A stretch of 38,844 bases of DNA, from assembly GCA_045046875.1 (NCBI GenBank), contig JASFYY010000013.1:1-38844 (forward strand), given 5' to 3'. Source of the stretch: Verrucomicrobiota bacterium (lineage in GTDB: Bacteria > Verrucomicrobiota > Verrucomicrobiia > Verrucomicrobiales > DEV007). The position numbers were made by a program, and so were the translations under genes. The notes under the pieces were generated by a model that was not told where the DNA came from, made no database searches, and worked only from the letters and a program-made list of their open reading frames with translations. Shown here one piece after another: positions 17,662-27,403 of the stretch (its first letter is position 1; each line of letters starts with the position of its first letter).

Positions 17662-17712
17662 TAATCATCCTTGCATATTAAAAGCATGCATTTTAATATG
17701 CAAGGATGATTA
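17662..17712 (+). promoter_or_regulatory. Perfect 22-bp inverted repeat overlapping a sigma70 promoter and the start codon
   Basis: TAATCATCCTTGCATATTAAAA-7 nt-TTTTAATATGCAAGGATGATTA, containing TTGCAT-17 bp-TAATAT and the ATG at 17706. Confidence 0.75.
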
Positions 17713-18878
17713 AGAGGGCAGTATATGAAAAAACGCTCCAAGCGCTTACTCGGCAAGCCGCTGTAGCCCTTATCGGGCCACGACAAGTTGGCAAAACAAC
17801 TTTGGCTTATGATATAGCTGAAGGTAGAAAATCTGTGTATCTCGACCTTGAAGCGATTGAAGATCGAGAAAAGCTTAATAATACGGTGTTATTTCTGACT
17901 CAGAATGAAGATAAGCTGGTTATTCTTGATGAGATCCATCGCATGCCGGAAATATTTCAAACCTTGCGCGGTCTGATTGACCAAGGGCGCCGCAAGGGTT
18001 TGCGCACAGGACGTTTTCTCATCTTAGGATCTGCGTCAATTGATCTCTTGCGCCAATCCGGTGAATCGCTTGCTGGCCGGATTGAGTATATTGATATGGT
18101 GCCTTTGAATATTTTGGAAACTAATGTCGGAGAGAATCCGGATCCGAGCAAACTATGGGTGCGCGGCGGGTTTCCTGACAGTTATCTGGCTGCGAATGAT
18201 GAAGATAGTTATGTTTATAGACGCAATTTTATTCGTACCTATTTGGAAAGGGATGTGCCACAATTTGGTCCTCGTATAGCCGCAGAAACGCTTGAGCGGT
18301 TATGGATCATGCTGGCCCATAGTCAGGGGCAGTTTTTGAATGCATCGAAGTTAGCTGGAAGTCTCTCTATTTCTGCGCCAACAGTAAGCAGCTATATTGA
18401 TCTTTTAACTGATCTTTTACTTGTCCGGCGGTTGCCGCCTTTGCATGCCAATACAAAAAAACGCCTTGTCAAAGCACCACGTATTTATGTGCGTGATAGT
18501 GGTATCACCCACGCATTGCTGGGTCTTTGCGATTATAATCAGCTTTCCGGACATCCTGTGTTTGGAGCAAGTTGGGAAGGTTTTGTCATTGAAACCCTTT
18601 TATCCGTTGCCTCAGAAAGAACCAAAGCCAGTTTTTACAGAACATCTGCGGGCGCAGAAATTGACTTGATACTAGAATTTCCCAGCGGTGAAAAATGGGC
18701 TATTGAGATTAAAAGTGGTTTGAGCGTAAAGCTGGAAAAGGGTTTTCACAATGCGCTTGAGGATATAAACCCTGATCGCAGCTTTGTGGTTTATGCTGGG
18801 TCAGATCGCTTCCCTGTTACTCAAGAAACTGATGCTATCAGCTTGGCAGAACTGGCACAGGTGTTGAAAGAAATATAG
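17706..18878 (+). CDS. AAA+ ATPase (AAA_14 + DUF4143, COG1373-like)
   Basis: Walker A GPRQVGKT, Walker B VILDEI, LAGRI, RGGFP, an HTH-like region and a C-terminal EIDLI...AIEIK nuclease-like motif. AT-richer than its neighbours. Confidence 0.92.
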   Translation: MIKRAVYEKTLQALTRQAAVALIGPRQVGKTTLAYDIAEGRKSVYLDLEAIEDREKLNNTVLFLTQNEDKLVILDEIHRMPEIFQTLRGLIDQGRRKGLRTGRFLILGSASIDLLRQSGESLAGRIEYIDMVPLNILETNVGENPDPSKLWVRGGFPDSYLAANDEDSYVYRRNFIRTYLERDVPQFGPRIAAETLERLWIMLAHSQGQFLNASKLAGSLSISAPTVSSYIDLLTDLLLVRRLPPLHANTKKRLVKAPRIYVRDSGITHALLGLCDYNQLSGHPVFGASWEGFVIETLLSVASERTKASFYRTSAGAEIDLILEFPSGEKWAIEIKSGLSVKLEKGFHNALEDINPDRSFVVYAGSDRFPVTQETDAISLAELAQVLKEI

Positions 18879-18902
18879 GGAAAATTAAGGGGCTTGGTGA
18901 TT

Positions 18903-19364
18903 CTAAATGTTGTTACCCAAGCGGGAATTTTTCGTATTCTCCACCGCTTCCTTCAACCTCCTGAGCATGTAATAAATCGTGCGGCTGCGCAGGCGGTGGA
19001 GTTCGCTGCCGATGATGCGTGGGATGAAGGATTCGGGCAGCGCGAGGATCTCTTCGGTGGAACAGTCTTTGAGACCTTTGCAGAGGATGGAGGTCAGGGC
19101 CCGGGTCAAGGTTTGCACTTGTGTGCCGAGACTGATTTTGAATTCGATTTTGCCGGTATTGCTGGTTTTGACAAAGATGCCTACGGTGTCGGAGCACTCG
19201 TTGTCTTTGCGCAGGTCTTCGACTTCGAAGGTCTCACCTTCTTGCGGGGCGTATTGCTGCGCTTGTCCGGCTTCGTTGATCAGAGCTTCCCGTTTTTCGT
19301 CATCGGGCAGCTGCTCATAGAAATCAATGATCTGCTGCAAGCGCTGAGGGATGGAATCATTCAT
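18903..19364 (-). CDS. sufE: SufE family sulfur-acceptor protein
   Basis: Conserved-position Cys (ECSDTV), the TEEILALPESFI segment and a C-terminal LRSR motif. Confidence 0.75.
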   Translation of the reverse strand: MNDSIPQRLQQIIDFYEQLPDDEKREALINEAGQAQQYAPQEGETFEVEDLRKDNECSDTVGIFVKTSNTGKIEFKISLGTQVQTLTRALTSILCKGLKDCSTEEILALPESFIPRIIGSELHRLRSRTIYYMLRRLKEAVENTKNSRLGNNI

Positions 19365-19438
19365 CTCCCCTATCTACAATCTAAAAGTCTAAACGTCTAT
19401 CCGCCTTCGCCAGCTGCGTCGCGACAAGCAGCTTTCTT

Positions 19439-20164
19439 CTAGCCTAGTTTTTTCATCCAGCGGCGACCGAAGGCTTTGGCGGAGATCACGCAACAGAGGA
19501 TGCCATATTGTAATGAGCGGGAAAAATTGATCGAGCTGCTGTCCTCTTCATACACGGTGGGGCAGGTGATTTCGCAGGTTTGCATGTCGGCTTCGACAGC
19601 GGCGATCAGCAGTTCGTTATCAAAAATGAAATCATTGCTGAGGGCGTGGAAGTCGATGGTCTCGAGCAGATGCCGTGAGTAGGCGCGGTAACCGGTGTGG
19701 TATTCGGTGTGGCGGCGTCCGAGGCAGAGATCCATGAAACTGGTGATGGCAAAGTTGGAGAGGTATTTCCATACCGGCATGCCGCCGCTTAGAGCGCCGC
19801 GTCCGGAGATGCGCGAACCAAGACACAAATCGTAGGGGCTTTGTGCCAGCATTGAGGCCATTGGCAGGATCAGTTTGGGGGTGTACTGGTAGTCGGGGTG
19901 CAACAGCACGATGATGTCAGCCCCGGTGTCCAGCGCTCGTTGCAGGCATTGTTTGACATTGCCGCCGTAGTTGAGATTTTTTTCATTTTGGTGAACTTCG
20001 ATGCCGAGCTCCCTGCCGATCTCTACGGTGCGATCCTTGGAGCAGTCGTCGTTGAGGATGATGTTGTCCACCACGTCGCGGGGAATATCATCGACGGTCT
20101 TTTTGAGCGTTTTCTCGGCGTAATAGCTCGGCATGGTGACGGCAACTCGTTTGTTTTGGATCAT
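19439..20164 (-). CDS. Glycosyltransferase family 2 (DPM1-like)
   Basis: VTMPSY, DDCSKDRT, NLNYGG, HPDYQY and EYHTGYRAYSR motifs. Start placed at ATG 20164. Confidence 0.9.
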   Translation of the reverse strand: MIQNKRVAVTMPSYYAEKTLKKTVDDIPRDVVDNIILNDDCSKDRTVEIGRELGIEVHQNEKNLNYGGNVKQCLQRALDTGADIIVLLHPDYQYTPKLILPMASMLAQSPYDLCLGSRISGRGALSGGMPVWKYLSNFAITSFMDLCLGRRHTEYHTGYRAYSRHLLETIDFHALSNDFIFDNELLIAAVEADMQTCEITCPTVYEEDSSSINFSRSLQYGILCCVISAKAFGRRWMKKLG

Positions 20165-20294
20165 GGAATACCTGGTTTTAGATTCACTTTCAGGCCTCGC
20201 AGAACTGGGCACTGAGCGGCGAACCATGCAGGCATCCGGACAAAAGCGCAAGGTTTGTATTGCGGTTGGGTGCAGTGAGGTGGAAAATGGCGGG

Positions 20295-20780
20295 GTGAAG
20301 AATGTATTAATAAAAATTTCAGAGGTCTCCGGCGAGGGAGGGGTGGGTCGATTGGGCTTGTTGTTGCTGACGCTGGTGCTTGGCTCTTGTGCCAATACCG
20401 AATTACCCAGTATGCCATCGATGTCACCGAGTGAGAGTAAGGAGTATCCTATTTATACGGTGACGATGAACCGGGCTCCGTTTTATTTGAAGAACTCTCC
20501 AAATTCCATGGGGGGTAAAAAAAGCCTGCCTTATTTGTATCTCAGCAAAGGAATGACGGTCAGCATGATGAAAAATGCCCAGCCATTTAGCAAGGTTTCA
20601 TTGATCAATGGGATGCAGGGCTGGATGCCGATATCGGTTTTGGCACCACAAATGGCAAAATACGAGGGTGAGGGCACCTCAGCCGTGAGCCCCGCTGCGG
20701 GGCAGGGGGCAACGGGCGCATCGCCTGCAGAGAAGCCGCCCAAGCCGGCTAGAGCGGTTAAATTGCCGTCTTATTATTGA
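20295..20780 (+). CDS. Putative lipoprotein with an SH3-like domain
   Basis: LLLLTLVLGSC lipobox and a LSKGMTV...SKVSLINGMQGWMP pattern. The start is uncertain. Confidence 0.65.
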   Translation: MKNVLIKISEVSGEGGVGRLGLLLLTLVLGSCANTELPSMPSMSPSESKEYPIYTVTMNRAPFYLKNSPNSMGGKKSLPYLYLSKGMTVSMMKNAQPFSKVSLINGMQGWMPISVLAPQMAKYEGEGTSAVSPAAGQGATGASPAEKPPKPARAVKLPSYY

Positions 20781-20788
20781 TTGGCCGG

Positions 20789-21385
20789 CTAATAGCCTGC
20801 GGTCGTCATGGTTGCAGCGGTTTTGTCGGCTCCTTCGAGCAACTCGGCAATGGGATCCCAGCGTCCGCTGATGAGGGCATCACTGGCGGTGTTGGGAATA
20901 CTGGCGGCAATGGACTGGCCGTCACCGTAATTGATTTGGCTGTTTTCCACATCAATGGTGATTTCGAGACCGGGATCCGCGTCGATCGCTGCGGCTAGGG
21001 TTTTGATGTCATCGCTGGAAGCGATCGCACAGGGCATGCCGAGGGTGGTGCAGTTGCCAAAAAAGATCTCGGCGAAGGATTGTGCGATCACCGCTTTGAT
21101 GCCAAAACGGTTGAGCGCCTGGGGAGCGTGCTCGCGCGAACTGCCGCAGCCGAAGTTTTCTCCACTCAACAAGATGCTGGCAGCGGAAAAGCGAGGGTCG
21201 TCCAAGGGATGACCTTTTTTGCTGCCGTCTTCGTTGTAACGCACATCGTAGAACAGGTATTCTCCGAGTCCGTCAAAGGTGACACATTTCATGAAACGTG
21301 CGGGGATGATGCGGTCGGTGTCGATGTCCGAGCCTGGGACATAAACGCCCTGCCCGCTGACTTGTGTGATTTTTTCGAGAGCCAT
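20789..21385 (-). CDS. leuD: 3-isopropylmalate dehydratase small subunit
   Basis: DIDTDRIIPARF, NFGCGSSREHA and SFAEIFFGN motifs. Confidence 0.96.
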   Translation of the reverse strand: MALEKITQVSGQGVYVPGSDIDTDRIIPARFMKCVTFDGLGEYLFYDVRYNEDGSKKGHPLDDPRFSAASILLSGENFGCGSSREHAPQALNRFGIKAVIAQSFAEIFFGNCTTLGMPCAIASSDDIKTLAAAIDADPGLEITIDVENSQINYGDGQSIAASIPNTASDALISGRWDPIAELLEGADKTAATMTTAGY

Positions 21386-21427
21386 TTTTCTAAAAGTAAA
21401 AGTTACAGATTAAATATTATCGTCGGG

Positions 21428-22855
21428 TTAGTTGGCATTCATGGAGAACACCTCACGTGCGTCGGCGATTTCGCCGGCGACGGCCGCTGCAGCGACCATC
21501 ACGGGAGACATCAGCACGGTGCGTCCGGTGATGCTGCCCTGTCGGCCTTTGAAGTTGCGGTTGGAGCTGCTGGCGCAAAGTTGGTCGCCTTGCAATTTGT
21601 CCGGGTTCATTGCCAGGCACATCGAACAGCCGGCTTTACGCCACTGGAAGCCTGCTTCTTCGAAGATGAGATGCAAACCTTCGTCCTCACATTGTTTGGC
21701 GACGATTTGTGATCCGGGAACGGCGATGGCTTTCACGCCTGCTGCGACGTGATGGCCTTTCAGCAATCGTGCGGCTTCCTGGAAATCACTGAGCCTTCCG
21801 TTGGTGCAAGAGCCGATGAAAGCTACATTGACCGGGATGCCTTTGACCGGCGTGCCGGCTTCGAGTTTCATGTATTCCAGCGCGTCTTCAATTGATACTT
21901 TTTGTGCGTCGCTGTCAGCATCTGCAGGATCGGGCACACATTCGTTGATGAACACACCTTGGTCCGGGCTGATGCCCCAAGTCACCGATGGGGCGATATC
22001 TTCGGCTCTGATATTGATCACGTCGTCGTATTGACAATCGGCATCGGAGGTGAAGGATTGCCAGCGCTCGACCGCCTCGTCCCAGTCATCACCCTGTGGG
22101 CTGTAGGGGCGGCCTTTGAGGTAGGCGAAAGTTTTCTCATCAGGATTGACGTAACCGCAGCGAGCGCCGCCTTCGATGGACATGTTGCAGACCGTCATGC
22201 GCTCTTCCATTGAAAAACCGTCGATGATCGAGCCGCCGTATTCGTAGGCGTAACCGATACCGCCTTTGGCGCCGAGCAGTTTGATGATGTGCAGGATGAC
22301 GTCCTTGGCATAAACGCCGACCGGCAAGTCGCCGTCCACATTGATGCGGCGGACTTTCATTTTCTCCATTGCCATGGTCTGGGTAGCGAGCACGTCACGC
22401 ACCTGGGTGGTGCCGATACCAAAAGCGATGGCGCCAAAAGCACCGTGTGTCGCGGTGTGTGAATCTCCACAGGCGATGGTGGTGCCGGGCTGGGTGATGC
22501 CCTCTTCGGGGCCAACGACGTGAACCACGCCCTGTTTGCCGCTGGGCAGGTCAAAATAGGTGATGCCAAATTCCTTGGCATTGTTGTCGAGTTCTTTGAT
22601 CATCGCTTCGGCGAGCGGATCGGCGAAAGGCATTTGCTGGTTATCCGTCGGCACGATGTGGTCCACGGTGGCAAAAGTGCGTTCGGGGTATTTCACCTTC
22701 AGGTTCAAATCGCGCAGCATGCCGAAGGCTTGCGGGCTGGTCACCTCGTGAATGAGGTGGGTGCCGATCAAGAGCTGGGTTTGTCCGTTGGAGAGGGTGC
22801 GTACCGCGTGGGCGTTCCACACTTTCTCATAGAGGCTCTGCGCTGTTTGACTCAT
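21428..22855 (-). CDS. leuC: 3-isopropylmalate dehydratase large subunit
   Basis: [33 protein letters not shown] and [10 protein letters not shown] motifs. Confidence 0.97.
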   Translation of the reverse strand: MSQTAQSLYEKVWNAHAVRTLSNGQTQLLIGTHLIHEVTSPQAFGMLRDLNLKVKYPERTFATVDHIVPTDNQQMPFADPLAEAMIKELDNNAKEFGITYFDLPSGKQGVVHVVGPEEGITQPGTTIACGDSHTATHGAFGAIAFGIGTTQVRDVLATQTMAMEKMKVRRINVDGDLPVGVYAKDVILHIIKLLGAKGGIGYAYEYGGSIIDGFSMEERMTVCNMSIEGGARCGYVNPDEKTFAYLKGRPYSPQGDDWDEAVERWQSFTSDADCQYDDVINIRAEDIAPSVTWGISPDQGVFINECVPDPADADSDAQKVSIEDALEYMKLEAGTPVKGIPVNVAFIGSCTNGRLSDFQEAARLLKGHHVAAGVKAIAVPGSQIVAKQCEDEGLHLIFEEAGFQWRKAGCSMCLAMNPDKLQGDQLCASSSNRNFKGRQGSITGRTVLMSPVMVAAAAVAGEIADAREVFSMNAN

Positions 22856-23073
22856 AATGTAACGATTTTTACTGGATTTCCCTTAGTCTCCCGCCCGTAT
22901 TTGGCGGGGCGTGATCATAGCATAGCTTCCACATTGCGGATAATGGAAACTTTGTTCGCTGTAAAAATGAGGTGAAAAGCTGTATTTTGTGCTTTGCAGA
23001 ACGACTTAAATAGGTTAAATCACCGCAAAGGCGCGTTTTGGCGCAAAAAACAAACAAACCAAATAAGATAATC

Positions 23074-23328
23074 ATGAAACTTAAATCTCTCAATTCAGTG
23101 TTGGCTATGACTGCTGCTTTCGGAATCGCATTTGTTGGCGTGAGCTGCAAACCTGCTGACAAAGCAGATGGTGGTGCAGAAGACAAAGGTTCTGCTCCAG
23201 CAAAAGAAGAAGCCGCTAAAAAAGACGCTCACGCTGATCACAAAGCGGACGCTAAAAAAGCAGATGCTCCTAAAGCGGACGCTAAAAAAGCAGATGCTAA
23301 AAAAGAAGAAGCTCCTAAAGCTAAATAA
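23074..23328 (+). CDS. Small Lys/Ala/Asp-rich low-complexity lipoprotein
   Basis: Signal peptide ending VGVSC, KKADA repeats, strongly biased GCT/AAA codons and its own terminator. Confidence 0.8.
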   Translation: MKLKSLNSVLAMTAAFGIAFVGVSCKPADKADGGAEDKGSAPAKEEAAKKDAHADHKADAKKADAPKADAKKADAKKEEAPKAK

Positions 23329-23344
23329 GCTTTTAGAAGTTATT

Positions 23345-23379
23345 AAAAAAGCGGGCTCCGGAAGGAGTCCGCTTTTTTT
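23345..23379. terminator. Bidirectional rho-independent terminator
   Basis: A6-GCGGGCTCC-GGAA-GGAGTCCGC-T7 between convergent genes. Confidence 0.88.
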
Positions 23380-23416
23380 GTGAAACTTTGTATGAAACTG
23401 AACTCCCGCTGCTAGT

Positions 23417-23469
23417 GGGCAAGCGGAGCGCCCGCCCTACAAAGTTGTAGGGCAGCCGCTTCGGCTACC
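23417..23469. repeat. Back-to-back pair of GTAG-type REP-like hairpins
   Basis: GGGCAAGCGGAGCGCCCGCCCTAC, a short spacer, then GTAGGGCAGCCGCTTCGGCTACC. Confidence 0.6.
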
Positions 23470-23486
23470 TGATTTGACTAAGGGGT

Positions 23487-24770
23487 TCAAAGGATCATGC
23501 CTGCGGCCACCGTCTCATTGCTTTGTTCGTCGATGAGAATGAAGCTGCCGGTCACGCGGTTTTTTTTGTAGCTGTCGTAGAACAGCGGGCCGGAGGTGCG
23601 TAGTTTGATACGCCCGATGTCATTGAGCGTGAGCTCAAGGTCATCCTCGATTTTGTGCAGGGTGTTGATGTTGATTTTATATCGCACCTCCTGCACCACG
23701 GCTTTAACTTCTTTGGTGGTATGGCGCAGAATAAACTTGCTGCGTCCGGTCAGACTTTTTGCTTCGGAGAACCAACAGATCATCGCTTCGATCTCCTGAC
23801 CCTTGTGCGGCGGGTTGTTGGCTTTGACGATCATGTCGCCGCGACTGATGTCGATCTCATCCTCCAGGGTGATGGTGGTGGAGAGCGGGGCGTAGGCTTC
23901 TTCAAGCGGCCCGTCCAGAGACTCGATGCTTTTGATCTTGGTGGTGAAGCCGGAGGGTTGCACCACCACGTCATCACCGGGTTTGAATACGCCGCCGGCC
24001 ACACGTCCGCCGTAACCACGGAAGTCGTGGTATTTTTCCGAGTGGGGACGGATCACCCATTGCACCGGGAAACGGGCTTCGACGTGATTTTGGTCCGAGC
24101 CGATATAGACGGTTTCCAAATGATAGAGCAGAGTAGTGCCTTCATACCAAGGCATGTTCTCCGAGGCATCCACCACATTGTCACCATTCAGTGCGCTGAT
24201 GGGGATGAAGGTCATATCGACAATGTTGTCCAAGCGCGAGGCGAACTCTTTGAACTGGTTCACGATTTTGTTGAAAGCTTCTTCGCTGTGATCAACAAGA
24301 TCCATTTTGTTAACGGCGACCACCACATGGCGGATGCGCAACAAGTCAGCGATGAAGGCGTGGCGGCAAGTTTGCTCGATCACGCCGTGACGCGCATCGA
24401 CGAGGATGATGGCCAGGTTGGCGGTGGAGGCGCCGGTGACCATGTTGCGGGTGTATTGGATGTGGCCCGGTGTATCGGCGATGATGAATTTGCGTTTGGG
24501 GGTGGCAAAATAACGATAGGCGACGTCGATGGTGATGCCTTGTTCGCGTTCGGCTTTTAGTCCGTCAGTCAGCAGGGCGAGGTTGACGTGTTCGTCTCCG
24601 CGTTGGCGGCTGGATTCCTCCACGGCCTCCAGTTGGTCCTCGAAGAGGTTCTTGCTGTCGTAGAGCAGTCTGCCGATCAGGGTGCTTTTGCCGTCGTCCA
24701 CGCTGCCCGCTGTTGTGAAGCGCAGCAGGTCCATGTCGAGGTAGCCTTTGGTATCAATTGGTTCGTCCAT
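23487..24770 (-). CDS. cysN: Sulfate adenylyltransferase subunit 1
   Basis: GSVDDGKSTLIGRLL, EREQGITIDVAYR, DTPGH and NKMD motifs; no fused APS kinase. Confidence 0.96.
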   Translation of the reverse strand: MDEPIDTKGYLDMDLLRFTTAGSVDDGKSTLIGRLLYDSKNLFEDQLEAVEESSRQRGDEHVNLALLTDGLKAEREQGITIDVAYRYFATPKRKFIIADTPGHIQYTRNMVTGASTANLAIILVDARHGVIEQTCRHAFIADLLRIRHVVVAVNKMDLVDHSEEAFNKIVNQFKEFASRLDNIVDMTFIPISALNGDNVVDASENMPWYEGTTLLYHLETVYIGSDQNHVEARFPVQWVIRPHSEKYHDFRGYGGRVAGGVFKPGDDVVVQPSGFTTKIKSIESLDGPLEEAYAPLSTTITLEDEIDISRGDMIVKANNPPHKGQEIEAMICWFSEAKSLTGRSKFILRHTTKEVKAVVQEVRYKININTLHKIEDDLELTLNDIGRIKLRTSGPLFYDSYKKNRVTGSFILIDEQSNETVAAGMIL

Positions 24771-24833
24771 TGTCAAAATTGGTTGTGATTATTTTTTGTG
24801 TTAGCAAATAAAAATAGCGAGGTTGGAGGAAAC

Positions 24834-25739
24834 CTAAAAGTAACCTTCGCGTTTACGATCTTCCATGGCGGTCTCCGAGCGTTTGTCGTCAGAGCGGGTG
24901 CCGCGTTCGGTTTGGCGGGCGGTGGCCACTTCCTGGATGACTTTGTCCAGCGTGTCGGCGTCGGATTCGACGGCTCCAGTGCAGGTCATGTCGCCGATGG
25001 TGCGGAAGCGAACTTGCAGGGTTTCGGTGGTTTCGTCCGGTTGGGCTTGCACCACATCGGAGACGGCTAGTAGAGTGCCGCTCCTTTTCACCACTTCGCG
25101 ATCATGGGCGAAGTAGAGATTGGGCAGGTCGATATTTTCGAGTTTCAGGTACTGCCAGATATCCATCTCGGTCCAGTTGCTGAGCGGGAAAACGCGGAAG
25201 TGTTCGCCGTGGTGTTTGCGGCCATTGAATATATTCCACAGCTCGGGGCGTTGGTTTTTCGGATCCCACTGACCGAAGTCGTCGCGGTGGGAGAAAAAGC
25301 GTTCTTTGGCACGGGCTTTTTCTTCATCCCTTCTACCACCACCGAGACAGGCATCAAAACCGCAGTCTTCGATGGCGTCGAGCAGGGTCACGGTTTGCAG
25401 TTTGTTACGGCTGGCGTGGATGCCTTTTTCCTCTACCACTTTACCTTGATCGATAGAATCCTGAACCAGAGCTACGGTGAGGTCGGCGCTGATTTCATTG
25501 ACATAACGATCACGAAATTCCAGCGTTTCGGGGAAGTTGTGGCCGGTATCGACATGCAACAGCGGAAAAGGCAGGCGCGAGGGCCAGAAAGCTTTGCGCG
25601 CCAGATGCGCCATGACGATGGAATCTTTGCCGCCGGAAAAAAGCAGGCCGGGTTTTTCAAACTGGGCGGCGGTTTCCCGCAGGATGTAAATCGCTTCGGA
25701 CTCCAGTTGTTTGAGGTGACTGACTCGGTAGGAATTCAT
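24834..25739 (-). CDS. cysD: Sulfate adenylyltransferase subunit 2
   Basis: FSGGKDS, GGRRDEEKARAKER, WDPKNQRPELW and C-terminal KREGYF motifs. Confidence 0.97.
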   Translation of the reverse strand: MNSYRVSHLKQLESEAIYILRETAAQFEKPGLLFSGGKDSIVMAHLARKAFWPSRLPFPLLHVDTGHNFPETLEFRDRYVNEISADLTVALVQDSIDQGKVVEEKGIHASRNKLQTVTLLDAIEDCGFDACLGGGRRDEEKARAKERFFSHRDDFGQWDPKNQRPELWNIFNGRKHHGEHFRVFPLSNWTEMDIWQYLKLENIDLPNLYFAHDREVVKRSGTLLAVSDVVQAQPDETTETLQVRFRTIGDMTCTGAVESDADTLDKVIQEVATARQTERGTRSDDKRSETAMEDRKREGYF

Positions 25740-25771
25740 TTTTTCTATTGAGTGTGTGTTTGAAAGTTAGA

Positions 25772-26392
25772 TTATTTTGAAATGTGTTGGCTGACCCACT
25801 GATAAAGTTTTTCCAGTGACTCACTTTCGCTCTCTGCATCGGTGTCGAGGGTGAGGTCGGGTCGTGGGGCTTGTGGTTCTTCAAATGAGGAATCCTTGCC
25901 GGTGAATTGTTTGAGGTCACCGGATTTGGCTTTGGCGTAGAGTCCTTTGACGTCGCGTTCGGCGCAGGTTTCAAAAGAGCATTTCACATAGATCTCGATG
26001 AAGTCATCCGCCCCGATGATATCTCCGGCGAGTTCACGTAGGTCTCTTTTGGGAGTGATGAAAGATGCCAGGGTGACGGTGCCGTTGGCACAGAAAAGTT
26101 TGGCGACCTCGGCGACGCGGCGGATGTTTTCCTGGCGGTCTTGATCGGAAAAACCGAGGTTGTTGTTGAGCCCTGAGCGTACATTGTCACCGTCGAGCAA
26201 TTTGACCAATAGACCTTCGGCATGCAGGCGGCGTTCGAGTTGATTGGCGAGAGTGCTTTTTCCCGAGCCGCTCAAACCATACAACCACACCACGCAGCCT
26301 TTTTGCTGCAACAGGGTTTCTTTGGCCTGACGATCCAGCATCCGGTCGAATTCCGGATGGATGTTTTCTGGAGTGTGTTTATGGGATGGCAT
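25772..26392 (-). CDS. cysC: Adenylyl-sulfate kinase
   Basis: GLSGSGKST, LDGDNVR, ENIRRVAEVAK and RDVKGLY motifs. Confidence 0.96.
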   Translation of the reverse strand: MPSHKHTPENIHPEFDRMLDRQAKETLLQQKGCVVWLYGLSGSGKSTLANQLERRLHAEGLLVKLLDGDNVRSGLNNNLGFSDQDRQENIRRVAEVAKLFCANGTVTLASFITPKRDLRELAGDIIGADDFIEIYVKCSFETCAERDVKGLYAKAKSGDLKQFTGKDSSFEEPQAPRPDLTLDTDAESESESLEKLYQWVSQHISK

Positions 26393-26458
26393 GATGGGAT
26401 GTGAGCAAGTCGTAAGATTTAGCGGAAGATGGCGAAGACTCAAGCGTAGAAATACAGC

Positions 26459-27250
26459 TCAGATGACATAGTCGGCATCGTCGTGCAGCCCGCACTCGCG
26501 TTTGAGACCAAAAAAGCGTGTTTCTTCGGCGCTCATGCCATCGGTCAATTTACGCGAAGTGTGCCAGTCCCCGAGGGAGACATAACCTTCATGCCACAGC
26601 GGATGATAAGGCAGGTCGTGTTTTTTGAGATAATCGTAAACGTCGCGATCGGTCCAATCGACGATCGGGTGGATTTTGAGCCGTGATTTGCTGATCGTGA
26701 TGACCGGCAGATTCTGTCTTGATTCACTCTGACTGCGGCGCAGGCCGGCGAGCCAGACGTCTGCTCCAAGTTCGTCGAATGCGCGTTGCATGGGCTCGAC
26801 TTTGTTCATTTGGTTGTATTGCTCGAGCCCTTTCACTCCGTGTTCCCACAATTTACCGTAGCGTGCCTCCTGCCAAGCGGGGCTGAGCTCCTGTTGGCGG
26901 TAAATTTTCAGGTTGAGTGACAATTTTTCGGTCAGTTCATCGATGAAATTGTAGGTTTCGGGAAAAAGATAACCGGTATCAACCAGAATCACGGGGATGT
27001 TGGGTTGGGCAGTGGTGGCCAGATGCAGCGATACGGCTGCCTGGGCTCCGAAGCTGGAAGACAACGTGATACGTTGAGGAAAACGTTCGACTGCCCATTC
27101 AACACGTTGCTGGGCGGTTTTTGCGCTGAGTTCACGATCCAGAGCAGCCAGGTCGAGCTCGGGAAAAGGGCGGGCAATGGGCGCAACTTGAGTGCAGCTA
27201 ACTGGCAAGGGATCGTTTTTTGTTAATGTGACTGTGGTTTGTGAGCTCAT
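26459..27250 (-). CDS. cysH: PAPS reductase (type lacking the Fe-S cluster)
   Basis: [28 protein letters not shown] and RECGLH motifs. It has NKVEPM without the CC pair or CxxC of APS reductases. Confidence 0.94.
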   Translation of the reverse strand: MSSQTTVTLTKNDPLPVSCTQVAPIARPFPELDLAALDRELSAKTAQQRVEWAVERFPQRITLSSSFGAQAAVSLHLATTAQPNIPVILVDTGYLFPETYNFIDELTEKLSLNLKIYRQQELSPAWQEARYGKLWEHGVKGLEQYNQMNKVEPMQRAFDELGADVWLAGLRRSQSESRQNLPVITISKSRLKIHPIVDWTDRDVYDYLKKHDLPYHPLWHEGYVSLGDWHTSRKLTDGMSAEETRFFGLKRECGLHDDADYVI

Positions 27251-27403
27251 TTGCTAAACACCTAATTCTCTATAGGGTATTCGGGAATAGCCGGGGATCA
27301 AGTGATTTTTTGAGCATTCTTGAATTTGGGGCTATGGTCGGGCTCAATCGCTTTAGCTATAGAATATATAGTTATCGGGTTTTGACTTAACAGATCACAT
27401 ATT

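Noticed and set aside
20165..20395. N-terminal extension of the GT2, and the reciprocal extension of the ORF at 20133
   Set aside because: The GT2 domain starts at MIQNK, and the extensions would force a long head-to-head overlap.
22856..23037. Leucine leader peptide upstream of leuC
   Set aside because: There is no Leu-rich short ORF, only a small GC hairpin without a U tract.
27251..27403. SAM riboswitch or Rrf2/CysB operator upstream of cysH
   Set aside because: No recognisable aptamer core or convincing palindrome is present.
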